Below the pieces are notes generated by a model. The model saw only the letters and a program-made list of their open reading frames with translations, made no database searches and had not been told where the DNA came from. Source: Haliotis cracherodii (Eukaryota). From it: a DNA stretch of 64,000 bases. The stretch is from the NCBI RefSeq assembly GCF_022045235.1, contig NW_027266270.1, forward strand, positions 15,004,001 to 15,068,000, given 5' to 3'. Both the position numbers and the translations under genes were made by a program. This document shows, in pieces, positions 11,914-26,715 of this stretch; the stretch's first letter is position 1; every line of letters starts with the position of its first letter.

Positions 11914-12330
11914 TACGAGAGCCGGTCATAAAGTTCTAAGCTTGACTAACTTTCAACTTTGGGACATAATAAAGTGAATTAGTCAATGTTGTACATTGTT
12001 TGAGTTGTTTATTGCAAGTGTATATGGTCTGTTGAGGCCGTTTGTATATTAGTGACAGCCAGTTGAACATGATAGGGGTCCAAATGGACACAGAAATGGA
12101 AAAATACGAGCACCGAGCAGTCATCATTTTTCTTACTTCAGAGAATAGTACTTCCCACGAAATTCATGACCGCATGTTACAAGGTGTATTCGGATAAGTG
12201 CCATAGGTATTCAACTGGTAAACGTTGGGCAACCATGTTTAAGGACGTCCCCCAACTTCCATCAATGCAGATTCAGTCAAAGCGATACTGTACTTATACT
12301 GTCAGATAGACATATTTACCCTTAAAGGTA
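11914..12330 (+). mobile_element. Degenerate mariner transposon 5' end
   Basis: TA plus TIR-like CGAGAGCCGGTCATAAAGTTC; MEKYEHRAVIIFLTSENSTSHEIHDRM..KRWATMFK (from ~12096) resembles the mariner N-terminal HTH; contains stops and frameshifts. Confidence 0.7.
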
Positions 12331-15300
12331 ATAAATTTTACATGTTCACTCATTTAAGCTATGCTCGTGTATTTAATCATGCCATAAATCAAACTTGTGC
12401 AAGCCAGAGACAGAACATGACCATAAATGTTCATAACAATGTTTCGAACTTTGCAACTTGACATTTCCATAGGCACAAAAAGTAGACCTTAATATTTCTT
12501 GCTACAAGTTGTAGGTTTCATGTAGCAAAATGAACAGAAATCCTCATTTTATCGTAAACATTCCATAAAATATTAACATTACAGTCATTATTGTGCTTAC
12601 GAGAGCATAAAAGACAAGTTGACGAGATATAAACACTGGCGACAATGATAATTGCCAACAAAGGTCAACATCACAGATAACAAATTATATCAGGAGAAAA
12701 TATTCGATTTCACATTATAGTACGAAACGTCAAAGCCAGAGAATATCAATTTCGATTATCTGCCAAAACAAATTTCATTTTCAGCACCACTGGAATACAC
12801 AGGAAGTAAATAAACATGAACAGACTTCGTTGGGCGTTTAATGAAGTCTCGGGTATTTTCCTCAGTGGCGTGGCCTATACATTTTCATCTCTGTTCATTG
12901 GAGGATTTCGAAGGAATCGGATTCTCTGACCCCGTCGGTAGATCCTTATTCTGATGTTCACTCTGAAAAGATGGACCGTGCTCTCACCAGAAAAGACCAC
13001 AGCTGGCCAATTCCGAATTTGGCGTGCCCAACGAAAAGGCTGAAGTCGATGTATCGTCAACGTCACTCCGCCGAATGGTCGATATGACCTGATATGCTGT
13101 CGAAATCTACACCATACCAAGATTGCCTTTTTGTCGGGTCTTATCCGATGGGGTTCACATTCCGATAATAACTGGTGCCATCACTAGTTTAAAGTAATTC
13201 CTAAACACATGCTCATGGTAATGACGGAATCTTAAAACCGACTGTTTTGGGAAGAGATTTGTTATGAACATGGAAAGGTTTTGTAGCTTTTATTAAGTGT
13301 TGAATGATGACTTTTTCATGCTGCCATGGCACAGTGCTTATACCCTTATGTTCATGGGTACCATGGTTCAAATGCAATGACAGTTTGCTGTATAAAATTA
13401 TTTGAAATGTGTAACATCGCCCAATGTTTTAATTGGTGATGTTTTGTCGAACTACTTTGGTACCTATCGAAACTTAAATGAACGTAAATTGTGTTTATTT
13501 CTGTAAACAATGTTTTGGGGTACTTTCTGTGATCGTCAATTTATCAGTTTAGCACAGAATTACAACATTGACCCGCATGGCATCAATATAACGTCGCCTG
13601 GAAAATATTTACAGGCTGTCTGATAAACATCTTCAATAATTTAATTACAAGAACAGCAATATACAATATCAAAACATTAGTTCGGTTTTACGTTATCTTT
13701 GGTCATCCACGTATCAGTTTAGTTGAATCATAATTCAAATACCCCAGAATCATGATCATAATTAGACAGCATGCCGTCCATACTCAAATAATGGCCTGGT
13801 ATATAAGATATGATCAGTTAACATTAGGCGATCGTTGTTTATCAAGAAATGATGGGGAACTCTGCAATTAACAATTCCAGATTGCACGATCTGATTAGGA
13901 CAATGTATCCTGCTAATTGTTCAAGGCTTGCGCTGCGTGTCGCCTGCAGAGGACGTTGGAATGGAGCATGTACATGAATAGTTAAGTCTGCATTCATATT
14001 ATGGATTTAACATGAAACCATTATGGCTGTTGTGGGCTCGCTACAGAATAGTTATGAAAGGATTCAGTTTGATTACTTGTGGGTCGGTTTATATTAAGAA
14101 ATAAGAACATACTATTAGGAATTAAAAATAAATGTATTTCGTGAATGTTACTGTGGGCCTGCTATCGTGTAATTCTATAGCAAAAGGCTCAAACTGACAT
14201 AGTTCCTAGCTTGGCCATCGCATCAATATGATATTTACATACAACTATTAGAGTATTAAGGATTGCACAATGACAAAGACTACTGGCACCACAAAATGGG
14301 GGAGAGCTACACATACAGGCACATGGTTTCTGGTAACAAAATCCATTATCAATAGAAAGTAGTAGTTTTGCCAAAAAAGCTTGCATTACGCATATAGCGG
14401 AGAAAATTATATGAATGGATCACTGATGACACCAGGTGTTTCGCGAAGTCCTGCCCTACCGGTAACACTTGCCACTCCCACAATCAATTTGTTGCCCTAC
14501 GCCACACTCCAGAGCTTCCACACGACGGTGGCCTGTAAACAATCGAGTCTTGATCAGAGAATAGGTCAGCTGATGTCCCATCAGCCTTATGCTTGACTAC
14601 ATCCGTGATACTGACCAGTATCGGATAACATTTCGTAAACTATCATTCTCTGATAGTAATCGAGGCGTTGGAATATTGCTAAAAGCGGCGTAAAACTATA
14701 GTCACTCACTCTGATAGTTATCTATATTCTTAGTGCCTGGTTATTGATATACTAGTAACCGTCATAACGCCGGAATACTGCTAGAGTTAAACAAAGAAAT
14801 CCAAAGATGAAGATCTAATCATACTTAAAAATACACATTTGGGCTCGTGTTTCAGTAATCTGATTGTTAATGTTTCACAATATGCGCTACGTTATAATGA
14901 CAACATTAAGTTGTCAATAAAATAATGATACTGTCTGTTTTCATGACAATTATAACTCAATTTGCAATGTCGACGGTCTTGTAAACAATATGTGTCGTTT
15001 TATGTTCTCTAATGGCCAGCACGAATGTAACAAATGGAATGTTCTTAAAGGACAAATGCAAGCATAATGTTATATGACTGGAAGAGTTTAATGAAAACAA
15101 AATCTGACATTTAATTATGGCATATATAATATCATGTATAAAAAGTCAAAGCCAGAGAATAGACAGTCTTGATTATCCGACGAAACAGATGCAAAGGAAA
15201 TTAGCTGTGACAATAATGTGTATGGATCACTGAAAATCAGTCATGATACCAGATGTTTGTCACCAACATGACCAACTGACAACTAAAGTGCAGTTATTTG

Positions 15301-17149
15301 GAATTGTAATGCTAATTGTACGAAACACCCTGTCGGGGTCGGAACTTGTGCATGGTGACATTGATGCATTGTTGTATCAAACATTTTATTGTTCTATTGC
15401 GAAATATGCCATATGAGGTACAGAAATACCTGTTTTCAACATAGCACCGTCACAATAGGCGACTGGGTCAACCATGTCCCGTTATTTTGGTTACGTAACA
15501 TTGATCCGTCAGTGTGACGAGAGTATACGTTTTCAAATGTGATGCGTCAACTCGCTGGGCAAAGCTGCGTCCTTATAACGTGCCAAACATTCTTATGCTC
15601 GTGGTTCGAAACTAGGTTCGCCCTGGTGCTGACTCTAGGTTTGTCAGCACCGGACATCAGCTCGGGTTTTACCAAAGTGATTAACATCTAACAAGGTCGG
15701 ATCCAGCATTTTTAAAAGGCAGGGGTCCAAAATATCAAAATCTTCTCTCAACATAATTTGGCTGCCTACTACAAGGGTGGGTGGTTCGGACCCGTCTATG
15801 TATAACACCTGCATTACTACGGACTATCCTCCAAAAGCAAGCGTTTCCGCCTCACTGCTGGTTGTGACTCTACAATTGTGAGCACCGTACAACTGCTCGG
15901 GATTTACCAAAAGTGGTACATATTCAACATATTTTGTGTGTTTATGTGTACGATTCCTGGCAAATACTAAATCATTCCAGAATAGTTTGCTCTGTCTTTT
16001 TGAAAGAGTAAATGTTTCGTAAGTGAGAATTTATTGACCACCCAACTTATATTTTTCAAAAACTGGCACCAGAGATCTTCAAATATTGAATGTGTAAGCT
16101 TAGCGAATGATTGACGTGGGTTATTAGGTGTAACCTTTACAAAACAATTCTTGACACATGGTTTTTGTCAATAGCACACAATAATCTTCACGTCATAATA
16201 GCTGGTCACTGGCGACTCGATGCTGTCAATCAATCTTTTTTTTGTTCATCGTATGACATTGGAATGTCAAGGAGCTTGGTACAGGAAGATTGTGTTTTTT
16301 CACCAATAGCTATAGTCACAACTGAAACGTAAAGGCAGATTATAAATGTATGTGAAACAAAACCATTTCATTGTAATAATATGAGGACGCCAAGTTTCGA
16401 CTGCAAATCTGTTTACGCAAATTCGAATCTGCATGTTCAATATTCCTATTTACATGTGGACAAGGTTTTCATGCTGAGAGAAATCGAATTGCAAATACAA
16501 ATGTATGGTCTCTTTCTGCATGGTCATCACAGCACTGTCTTAAGTCCCGTACGTTTGTTGAGAATCGCAATATAGATATTCGTAACTTGTTCCACATTCT
16601 GCCTTCTAGGCGAAACCCATGGTATACGTAGATATAAAGCTTTCTGATCCTTGACGCACACGTCAGGAATATCACCCGCCTACCTAGTCGTAAGTCACAG
16701 TTATACGTATATTATTTATCATGACCCTCTCAGAGAGATTGTCATATGTTGGATGACCCTCCTCTGATCCGTCTGACCCTATCATTTCCCTTTATACTAA
16801 ATGACCAGCCCCTTACCACAACATTATTACGCACATAACCTATGGCTTAACCCGCTGGATGCCGAGTATTTTTTTCTGACGCATATTTCCCTCAGATCTG
16901 AAAAGTAAAGGTTGTGCGAGAACTGCGCCCACGTGACCCTGGATCTACCACCGGCTAAAAAGTTAAGAGATGTAGAAAATTAAACTTCATATCTGTTGGT
17001 ATAAATATAACTGCAAATATGATACCGGTTTAAAAAATGACACTGCTTTGTGTTGTCAAAGAATTTATTCTGCGTCGGAAAACAGCAAATTTCTCCGCTT
17101 TTTATCGTACACCGATAAAAATACTGTGCGAAGATTTTTGTTATTAAGC

Positions 17150-18910
17150 AGCTTTACGGAATATGTGAGCGAAAAATATACTGCCTTATCTGAACGACAT
17201 AAATGTATATCAAATGGATTTATATGCTTATGTGTAACGTTATATATTCAATATGAAATATATATAGCCTGCCGTAAAATGACGAAAACTGATTTTCCTC
17301 TATGACGATAGAGAGGTTGCACACTTCAACGAAAATCGGCCATAACTCAGTTATGCTTAGCACTAGTTTATGGCAACTCAGGTCACTTGGTGAGAATTAG
17401 GCGTGAATAAGGACTGTTTATTTTCATGGTGTTTTGTTCACGAGGAACCAAAGTATTCCAACACACATATATCGATATTGAAACTGTATACGTTTAGGTA
17501 TTTACAAAACCCATAAGAAATGATGAAATCGTACTTCATAAAATAGAAAGTAAAAGCAACATGGATGGCTCTAACCTTTAAATTAGTCCTGAGATTCCAA
17601 CATTCTCCTGATTTAGCAATTGTAATTTGACCGATGTTGCGCCATTATCAATTGAGCACTGGCCTTTTCATCCAATGTAATAAATTTCTTAATAATAAGT
17701 ACACCATTTTATTTGACCTCATGGCTGGTTTTATGTCTTTGACAATGGGGGAGAAAGACGACATTGGTATTTTGATTAATATATGTCTCCCCTAATTTTT
17801 GTCCAAGGATCCATTACCGTCCAAGGATCCCTTGTGCGCGTTCGAGTCTAATATTTAGCCCTTTTTATCTTGTGAGCTGGTACACCCGTCTGGGGAGGGT
17901 TTGACATATTTTGTTTGATTGATTATCTAACGCAGCAGGAACCTATATTCAAGCTAGATCTTGGCGGCCTGAAATAACTGTGTCTGAGTTCCACAAATAA
18001 GATACAATTTACTCGCTTTGGGCAACAAGCAGTAGAGTGTAGGGTCCTATTCCAACTCGGGTTGTTAATCTCGCCTCACTCTTTCACTGCACTTAAATCC
18101 CCTATCAGGGCTAAAAAGATAGCATTCATCATTCTTGCCGACAGGATGCCTTGCTTCGGTATTAGAGCTAGTTTTAAGTCTCAGAGATTTATCTCGATTA
18201 GGGATGGGTGGGTTAAAGGTTTTAAGCACTACATGTCCGGAAAATAACGACCCACCCCTATATGTGTATCATGTTTGGGATTACCCTCCCCATGTCCGTA
18301 TACTTTTTTTCATGACCCTCACTGAAAAGAACAAAATGCAAAAGCACTTATATTTTATTATATAATGTATTTTTTTCAGCTTTACGGAATCTCCCAAGCG
18401 AGGAAAATACTGCCTAATATCTGAACGACTTAAATGTGTATAAAATAGATTTTTATCCTTATGTGTAACGTCATATATTCAATAAAAAAAAACAGCCTGC
18501 CGTAAATGACGAAAACTGATTTTCCATTGTGACGTTTAAAGACGACAGAGAGGTTGCACACTTCAACGAAAATCGGCCATAACTTCGTAATGCTTAATTA
18601 GCACTAGTTTATGACAACTTAGGTCACTTGGTGAGAATTAGGTGTGAATAAGGACAATACATTTTTATGGTGCTTTGTTCACGAGGAAGCAAAGTATTCC
18701 AACACACATATATGTATATCGATATTGAAACTGTATACGTTTGATGTTGCACTATTTTTAATGGAGCACTGGCCTTTTCATCCAACGTGATAAATTACTA
18801 AAAAGAAGTACACCATTTTATTTGACCTCATGGCTGGTTTTATGTCTTTGACAACGGGGAAGAAAGACGCCATTGGTATTTTGATTAATATATGTCTCCC
18901 CTAATTTTTG
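17150..18910 (+). repeat. Local duplication (17150-17800 similar to 18378-18910); third copy at 32635-33019 continuing at 35750-36000
   Basis: Shared CTTTACGGAAT..GCCTGCCGTAAA(A)TGACGAAAACTGATTTT..CTCCCCTAAT. Confidence 0.8.
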
Positions 18911-19024
18911 TTCACGGTATGGCAAATCTGTAAACGGAATTTGACACTTTTTCGACACAACATAAAATGACTTCTTTACCATGTAAATACTAGACTTATA
19001 TATACAAGTAATGTCTTGAATAGA

Positions 19025-19340
19025 TCGTCTGCCCGGAGAGCGGAAGATCCGGGGTTCGATCCCCAGCCGCGTCATACGAAAGGACGTTAAAAGATGGTAC
19101 TTGTTGTAACCCTGCCTGGCGCTCGGCATTAATGGGATAAAACAAGGAGTCGGAGTCAGTATACTGTGTCTGGGTATTCATGTTAAACTGCGGCATGGTA
19201 TATCAGTGGGCAAGCACTATAAAACCGGCAACAGTCCGGACTAGTACAAGCAGCCACACACACACACTTACATGCACGTCGCTATATAAGTGCAATAATC
19301 TTGGACGCGACGTTATACCCGATTTCACACCACATCACAA
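19025..19340 (+). mobile_element. SINE family B, slightly 5' truncated
   Basis: CCCGGAGAGCGGAAGATCCGGGGTTCGATCCC head, internal (CA)n, GGACGCGACGTTATAC tail. Confidence 0.85.
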
Positions 19341-19479
19341 TATTGACTACTACACTCCAAAGAAATACGCACATGTTGCAATTACATTTCATCTTCTGAC
19401 ACTTGTCTAAAGGAATGCGATATCGAATACGACACTTTAAACTTATCAATTTCTTATGTAAACAATGTTCATTATTGAC

Positions 19480-19729
19480 AGTAGCGGGTGACCTCGCCCG
19501 TTCAAAGTGTTCAAAACGTTACACAGGCCACTGTCGGAGAGCGACATCGATTCAGGCTATAAATGATGCAGGCTTTGAAGCCAGACAGATCAGGTTAATG
19601 TCGGGCCACCGAAATGAAGCGTCCATTCAAAGATATAACAGAGAATGCTTGACGTACCAAAAGAAATCGCTGAGCTACACACTGACGTGTATTGCTTCGG
19701 GAAATACACCCGCTCTGCTCAAGCGGTAA
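19480..19729 (+). pseudogene. Crypton-like tyrosine recombinase C-terminal fragment
   Basis: YTGHCRRATSIQAINDAGFEARQIRLMSGHRNEASIQRY matches the HxxR...GH...Y catalytic boxes of tyrosine recombinases (DUF3504/Crypton type); N-terminal part absent. Confidence 0.75.
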
Positions 19730-22029
19730 TCCCCGTCATCAGCAGCCATAGTATGACTCAAACACACACCCAAAGTTCAGAGAACGTTAATATCAATCTA
19801 TTTTCAGCATCATGTAGATTTCTTTCCAGCTCTAACTTTACTGGGTGCAACTTCTTTTTTCAAGTGAATGACATTAAGGTTTGATGTTTAATGGATTGTT
19901 TTGTTCTGATTTAAGTTATTGTCAATATAAGGATTGAAGTTGTATTTGTTGACGTTCATCAGCTGATGACGATAGTGCCTCACGTGAGCAAATTCCATGA
20001 CGCGCGAACAAATATAATTTCAATCCTTAAGACAATCGGGAGATTATCAAATGTCATACATTTTGTGGCCTATATCTACGTACAAGTATATCATATTGAA
20101 CATTGATTAATATCAACAGTGAACTTAATTGTGTAAAGACATGTATAAAGGATATACATAATCTACATCTAATTGAAACTTTAAACAGAAGGATACAATG
20201 ATTTACATTTATTCAAGGATCTTCACCTCAAAGAAATTACCAAATATGTACAACAATGTTGACACATGACAAAACCGGTGACGGACTTTTCCAAATTGGC
20301 GTGTTCACTGACAACAGTACGTGGACTTTTACGAGGGGACTAACTCAGGGATCGTACATACCTAAATGTGACATGTAAGTAATCAGAAACATTCTGACAA
20401 TCGCTGTACTGTTACTGTTTTCATGTTTTTCATTGAAACCAAGAGAAATAGTTTATAAAAATTCTGCGGTTGTCGTTGTGCTTGATGTCAGTTTAATTTA
20501 CCAAATCATTGCAAGTTATCTTATATTTATCGCGTATTATTGTGATGAAAGGGAACAAACCCCAAACCCATATCTTCGGGTTTTTTTCAAGTTCAACTCA
20601 CTCAAATGCATATTCCTACGTCTATTTAAATCTTACAATTTTCATTCTTTTTTTAAGTATAAATAATAAAAAAGGCGAAAAGCGAAAATAATGCATTATT
20701 GGCCGAGCCTGCTTTTAGCATCATTATGTCACTTGTCAGCGAGTATCTGTTTCTACAAGTTGAGACCGGACAGGTTTATTTGCCACGAGGTTCAAAAGAA
20801 GAGAGTTCCTATTATTCCATACAAAGCAATGCAGTCACCATTGTTGCTGACGTGATAATCAATGACGTCTCAGTAGGTATGGAAAATATATATCATTATT
20901 CACGTGATAAGTGACGTCACAATAAGTGAGGATAACACATATGATTATTGATGTCATGTGGATACTCTTAACTCTCGACAGGGTTCGTCACTACAGTTAT
21001 GTTAATTATGGAAATCAACGCAAGTATTATATTCATTTTTGCATTAGTCTATATTCTTATTCCAACAGTCTAATTCTCGTTTCATAAATCTATTATGAAC
21101 GCCACACGCACATAATAATCGCTATTTTTTTTATCCATATGTAACTATAATGGCCTTGTACATGATTCCATTGTATGTGCAATGGCGTCATAGCAGTTGT
21201 TACGAAACCTCCTACTACTGTTGACCCCACATGGATTATGTAAACTTCACGCTACACATTTTGATACAAAATACACCATCTATACACTAAAGCGAATAAT
21301 GAAATGCTGATAATTTGTGTCAGAAGGTTTGTATTTATGATTAAACATCATGACAGTCCGTTTGTCAAATTAGTGTGGAAAACACAAATTCATGTGCTCA
21401 TTTGACAACACTATATCACATCGTGCTTCGATCACCACGTGTCCGTCAATAAATATATTCCGTCCACCGCGACTCCTTGTCCCCAGAAAATACAATGGCA
21501 TGTCTCTAAACCCTACTTTTACCAATCTCAAAATGACATTAAATTGGTATCCCGCCATCCCGACTTTCGGCATCCCGAATATCCACAACAGCTCATTATG
21601 TCAATCCAATAGGGAGCCAATTTAGAAGTGGATTCAGGTACAGCAGCAAGACATTAAATCCATTAAATGGGTTTTGGTGTTAGAGATTTGAATACAAAGA
21701 CTATGCTTTTTGTGAGTAACTTGGGGTTTAACTCGCTTTGAACAGTGCCTCAGTCATGACAAGTGACCAGCTTCCTGTGGGGAAAGATCGGCCGTGATGT
21801 AATCCAGGAGGGTCTGCAGCTGACGCAGTGATTGTGAGGGTCATGTCAGGTGACAAGCATCAAGAACGTCTGGTTAATTATATGTCTTGGCATAGGATAT
21901 TTATCCTATATGCACAATTGTCCGATGTCTTGAAAACCACATGGATGTACGACCTGGTTTCCTTTGAACTTTCAAACAGTTATTCTTGGTTTCCAGGAAA
22001 AGCGTTAATACGCGTATCATATGTTAATG

Positions 22030-22292
22030 TTTGTTTGTTTGTTGTTTTACGCCGCACTCAGCAATATTCCAGCTATTTGACGGCGGTCTGTAAATAATCG
22101 AGTCTGGACCAGACAATCCAGGGATTAATATCATGAGCACCGATCCACGCAATTGGGATCGATGACATGCATCAACCAAGTCAGCGAGTCTGACCACCCG
22201 ATCCCGTTAGTCGCCTTTTTCGACAAGCATAGTCGCCTTTTAGGGCAAGCATGCGTTGCTGAAGACCTATTCTACCCCGGAATCTTCACGGG
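22030..22292 (-). mobile_element. Short retroposon family A
   Basis: Full family A sequence ending CTTCACGGG on the + strand; empty site at ~7285. Confidence 0.9.
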
Positions 22293-23300
22293 TCATATAT
22301 ATGTGTTAATGTGAATACTGTAGATGCAGAAACATACATTGGAAACTGACAAACGCTTCATTCAACCTGGATTACCACAGTAATGTTGTTGAAATATTCG
22401 CATCTATTTTCTCAGTAAAACCCGATGAGATTCCGAACAGAACAGGTCCTACCTCCCCGTACTTTCGTCAAAGCCAATCTTGAAAAGTAAGAGGATCATG
22501 TGATTATAGTGTTCGTTTTAATTCCAGATTCGATGGGATAATGAATAAATTCAGTGGTTATGGTCTATGATGTGCATGCCATAAGTTTACAGACGTACCT
22601 CTTATAGCCTATACTTTAAATCTACACAAGCACTCATTCGCTCATTCGGTGTGCAGAGGTGTGCCCTTTGGTCATGCCAGAAACCAAAGATTATGGGTTC
22701 GAATTCCAAAGTCACTCTGGTCATGTTTTCAGGTTTGTTAGGATTTTCGTTCTCGCGTGTTGCTCTAAAGTGATAAACATATGACATCTGCATCCCTATA
22801 TCTTCAAAACACGAGCATCTGGCAAATAAATTCTGGAAAATGTATTCAACTTAATACAAGCGTTAATGAGATAAATGGTAATGTAGATAAACTAAGGAAT
22901 TCATTGAACTTCTTTTACACACTCCTTCCAACAATAACTCCGGTATTGTGTTAACTGACTGTCACAAGGCAAAGTTAGGATGAAAGACGAACGAAATAAG
23001 GTTGAATCTGAATACCTCGAGTCTAGTTCAGAATAATGTTAGTTTCGACGGCTATGTGAGCCAGGGATATCCATAAGTACTGCAGTGATCGTTGACGCCA
23101 AGATGATTAGAATTCCAATACTCAAATGGAGACTTATGGTCTAAAGTTAAGATTGCTTTGTTGAATAGCGCTAGACCACTTTCTAACTTAAGTCAGGCAG
23201 CAACCTAGCACCATCAACTGCAAACTTCATTTAAGTAGGACGAATCTATTGCCATTCTGTGAAGGGTGGCTTCAGTTCGTGATTTATTTGCTCAACTCAC

Positions 23301-23428
23301 TATGATCAAACAGCCAAGCACTGGTTCAGCGTTTGATGTTCCGTATGTGTCGCTTTCAGTACTTCTTTCTAAGCCATCAAGACATGACTTTGGCGTTGAA
23401 TCACGACTGCTAACCACGCTATATTTGT
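23301..23428 (-). other. Candidate cryptic exon, copy 2
   Basis: CAG|AC...ATA|GTGAGT; xKYSVVSSRDSTPKSCLDGLERSTESDTYGTSNAEPVLGCLII. Confidence 0.35.
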
Positions 23429-24124
23429 CTGATCAGATGGTGCAACTTTGAAAAAATAAGGCGACAGATCGAGCGACTGGTCGAATTAACTCATTGAATA
23501 TATCCCCAGGAAATCTGCATGCCGTGTTGACATATTTGTGCCTCAATGCATGGAATTTCACCACTGCAGTGTGTACTTTTTGGCTTGTGAGAATCCAGGT
23601 GTTTGTATTGAAACATTGTACGTGGCGAAAGAGAACCTGTTCTCTTGAAAAATGCTTTGCGGGCAGAATACGTGGAAGTCACTGACGTTGTCAGTAAGCA
23701 TGTTGCATGAGTCATAGGGGACCACGAGCGACTCAGTTCGCACATTTCACGATTATCTTGTCAAACATTAGAAAGAAGTATGCGAGGATCTGTTTCGTTT
23801 TTTTCTAGATGATTCCCCTAAAATTAAAATTTTCGTATCAAATGTTATGAGGTGACAGTACAGGAAGGACATATCATGCAATAACATATTGGAACATTAT
23901 AGGACAGCGTATATTGTCGGTGAACTTATATTTGCGAGTAATATTTCAAAGTTGATATACATTTTCCATGTTAATGAATTGCTCTTATATTCAAGCTTTT
24001 TGAAGCTTAATCACATTAAATCATACATATGTATGCAAGCTGCTTATTTCTGTTTTGCATATTTTGAACTTCAGCTACAGATAATTTTGCTTATGTAAGT
24101 CTTACCCTGAACTCCTTAATAGTA

Positions 24125-24373
24125 CCCGTGAAGATCCGGGGTAGAATAGGTCTTCAGCAACCCATGCTTGCCCTAAAAGGCGACTGTGCTTGTCGTAAAA
24201 GACAACTAACGGGATCGGGTGGTCAGACTCGCTGACTTGGTTGATGCATGTCATCGATCCCAAGTACGTAGATCGATGCTAATGATGTCAATCACTGGAT
24301 TGTCTGGTCCAGACTCGATTATTTACAGACCGTCGGCATATAGCTGAGTGCGGCGTTAAACAACAAACAAACA
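24125..24373 (+). mobile_element. Short retroposon family A
   Basis: CCCGTGAAGATCCGGGGTAGAATAGGTCTTCAGC head and (CAAA)n tail. Confidence 0.9.
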
Positions 24374-26715
24374 ATGGTCTCTCTCAGAGTAACGCTGTCT
24401 AACCAGGTAACTTACCCTGACACAAACACCACAAGTGTATGTGGCCCCGTTTATCGACCTCAGTACACCCCAAACAGATATTATCACGTTGTATGGAACA
24501 CTTACACAGCTGTATGAATAGTATCATTCTACAGCGAAACTGAATTCAAAGTTATCAACCTATGGCTATTTCCTTTATATAAATAAACCTATAATATAAT
24601 GATTTTAAATTTCAGAATGGTTGAAGCTGTAAAATAAAATAAAATCGCTCTATGAGAATGCCGAGTGCTCTGTTGCACCAAGTGACAATCTCATTCCCAG
24701 CGTCGAAGAGCCTCGCAAAAACGGTTGGTTTGTGTCGCCTCGTTTCACTATTTATACAAACACTGCATATTTCAGCTGCCAAAATACAGGGTGTGTGTAA
24801 TGGCGTTGAGTTCGATGATTTTATTATTGTTTATTCTTATGTTTAACTACATTATAATATTTTATCGTTAACGACAGCGGTGAATAAACTCAGGAAGTAT
24901 TTATTCCAGACAGACTAAACTACTCTGTTCTCAGAATTATGGAACGATGGTAATCGTAAACCTCCAAAGGGGATCTCGCGGATCTCGGGATCTGTAGTTT
25001 ATCGGTTATCACATAGAAAGAATTTCAGAAACATTATCACTTGTGTCAGTCTCCGCTTAAACATACATTAAATGAGTTATAAACCTGAACCCTCTAACCT
25101 GTAGAACTTTAGTCCGAGAAACTGAACTCAACTTACTGACTAAGGGACCAAGCATTAAGTACCCATTAGTACAGGGGATGGGTGCTGGGATTTATCGAAA
25201 AAAATGCCTTACTGCAAGGTGGGTTTAGATGATTTTTATATTGGTTCATAAGTTCAATTCATAAGCATTTGCAGCCTTTTCCATATATTGTCCTTCAACG
25301 GAAAACAGCTAACATTTAATTAAAATTGATTTATTGGTGAGCGTCCAGAAATAGTCCGGAAATGCGTCGAGTTTGTCAAGCATAAAATAGACGGAACACG
25401 ATGCTTTTCGTTCCGCCCTGTAAAATTGTTAACGGACAATCACATTGCTCCTGTCCCTTGATATGCGTGCTGCCCAAAGCTTCCTTCAGGAAGCAGTAGG
25501 TTCTGTAATTCTGGCTGCGGTGGCATGCGTTTCTCTCTGTCCCACGAGATATGGTGATAAGTCACCTTTAGGGTTTGTAATCTGGCATGCGTCAAGGAGT
25601 CAAACGAAACAATTTTACCAAGTTTATTGAGATCATACATCCCTCCGCCATGCACAGTTACCTCTATCGGACAATCGGTTGTATATTATTTGATTACCAC
25701 AATAAATGAAAATAAATCTTAAGAAATATGAGACGTTGCTTATAGCGATGAGGAAGGACTATTATTAATTGAATCTTCTAGATACGTACACTCAACATTT
25801 TCTTTCTTATTGTAATTATTTGTCTTCAAGACAAAATACCCCAACCACTCTCTGCAGCCCCATGGCCATGACCACTCTCCGCCCACCCATGTCAGAAGCA
25901 CAACTTTATTCACGACTACCTACTTTAGCCCACAGTGTTATACAGTGTTATACAGCTTTATGCACCAGTGATTTGTGTTACTTCAAGTTGAATCCGTGAA
26001 GTTCATTGGAGCCTTACCGGAACAACTGATAAAATAATAGAGTTGTTACGAGTGAATCCATTACACAGTCTGTACCCATAACAATGAGAGATCACAGTAC
26101 CATTTGAGAATATTTTTTTCTGGCAGTGAATAAAATTAAAAAGTCTTACTTATGGCGAACATAATGTCCTATGTTCCATTAAGATCCATGGGCCAATGAG
26201 TATCCACTGCATATAAATCCATCACAATCCAGATGATACATTGTCCAGTACAACTTGGGTTTACACATTGACTTAACACTTTTATTCCTCTAATGTTATC
26301 TAACATTAAAGAACGTCTGTTAATACTTGTGTGTTAAGTAAACAATCTGTTTGTTGCGTTGGTGACCCTCGTGATCGGTACGATCAGTGGTCTTGTGTTA
26401 CTAAACACCTATGGGACTCATTTGTGCTTTTTCTTTTATAAATCTCTTAAGACTATTTGTTGTTTTAGATCAGTTGCATTCATTAAAATTGTAATAACAA
26501 CTGTGTCTTACTTATCCTCTACGCAAGTGACAAAATATTACACGTTACACAGTTCTAGCACTGTATACACTGCGACCTGTACAAATAGCAGGTGTTGGCA
26601 CTTATCCATCGACAACAGACGGGTGCAATTACATGAGTGAAGGCGAACTACCACAACCCATGGCCATCACCATTTCTGCAAAGTGACTGGAGGTGAAAGT
26701 AAACCTAATCATACA

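Larger units (their letters stand above)
190..12780 (+). repeat. Segmental tandem duplication unit 1 (start lies upstream of the window)
   Basis: Co-linear blocks shared with units 2 and 3, e.g. GACAGCATGCCGTCCATAC..TAATGGCCTGGTATA at ~399, ~13765 and ~28679; 8250-9160 matches 22915-23850; 9650-10110 matches 24735-25200; 12345-12590 matches 27088-27360. Confidence 0.9.
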
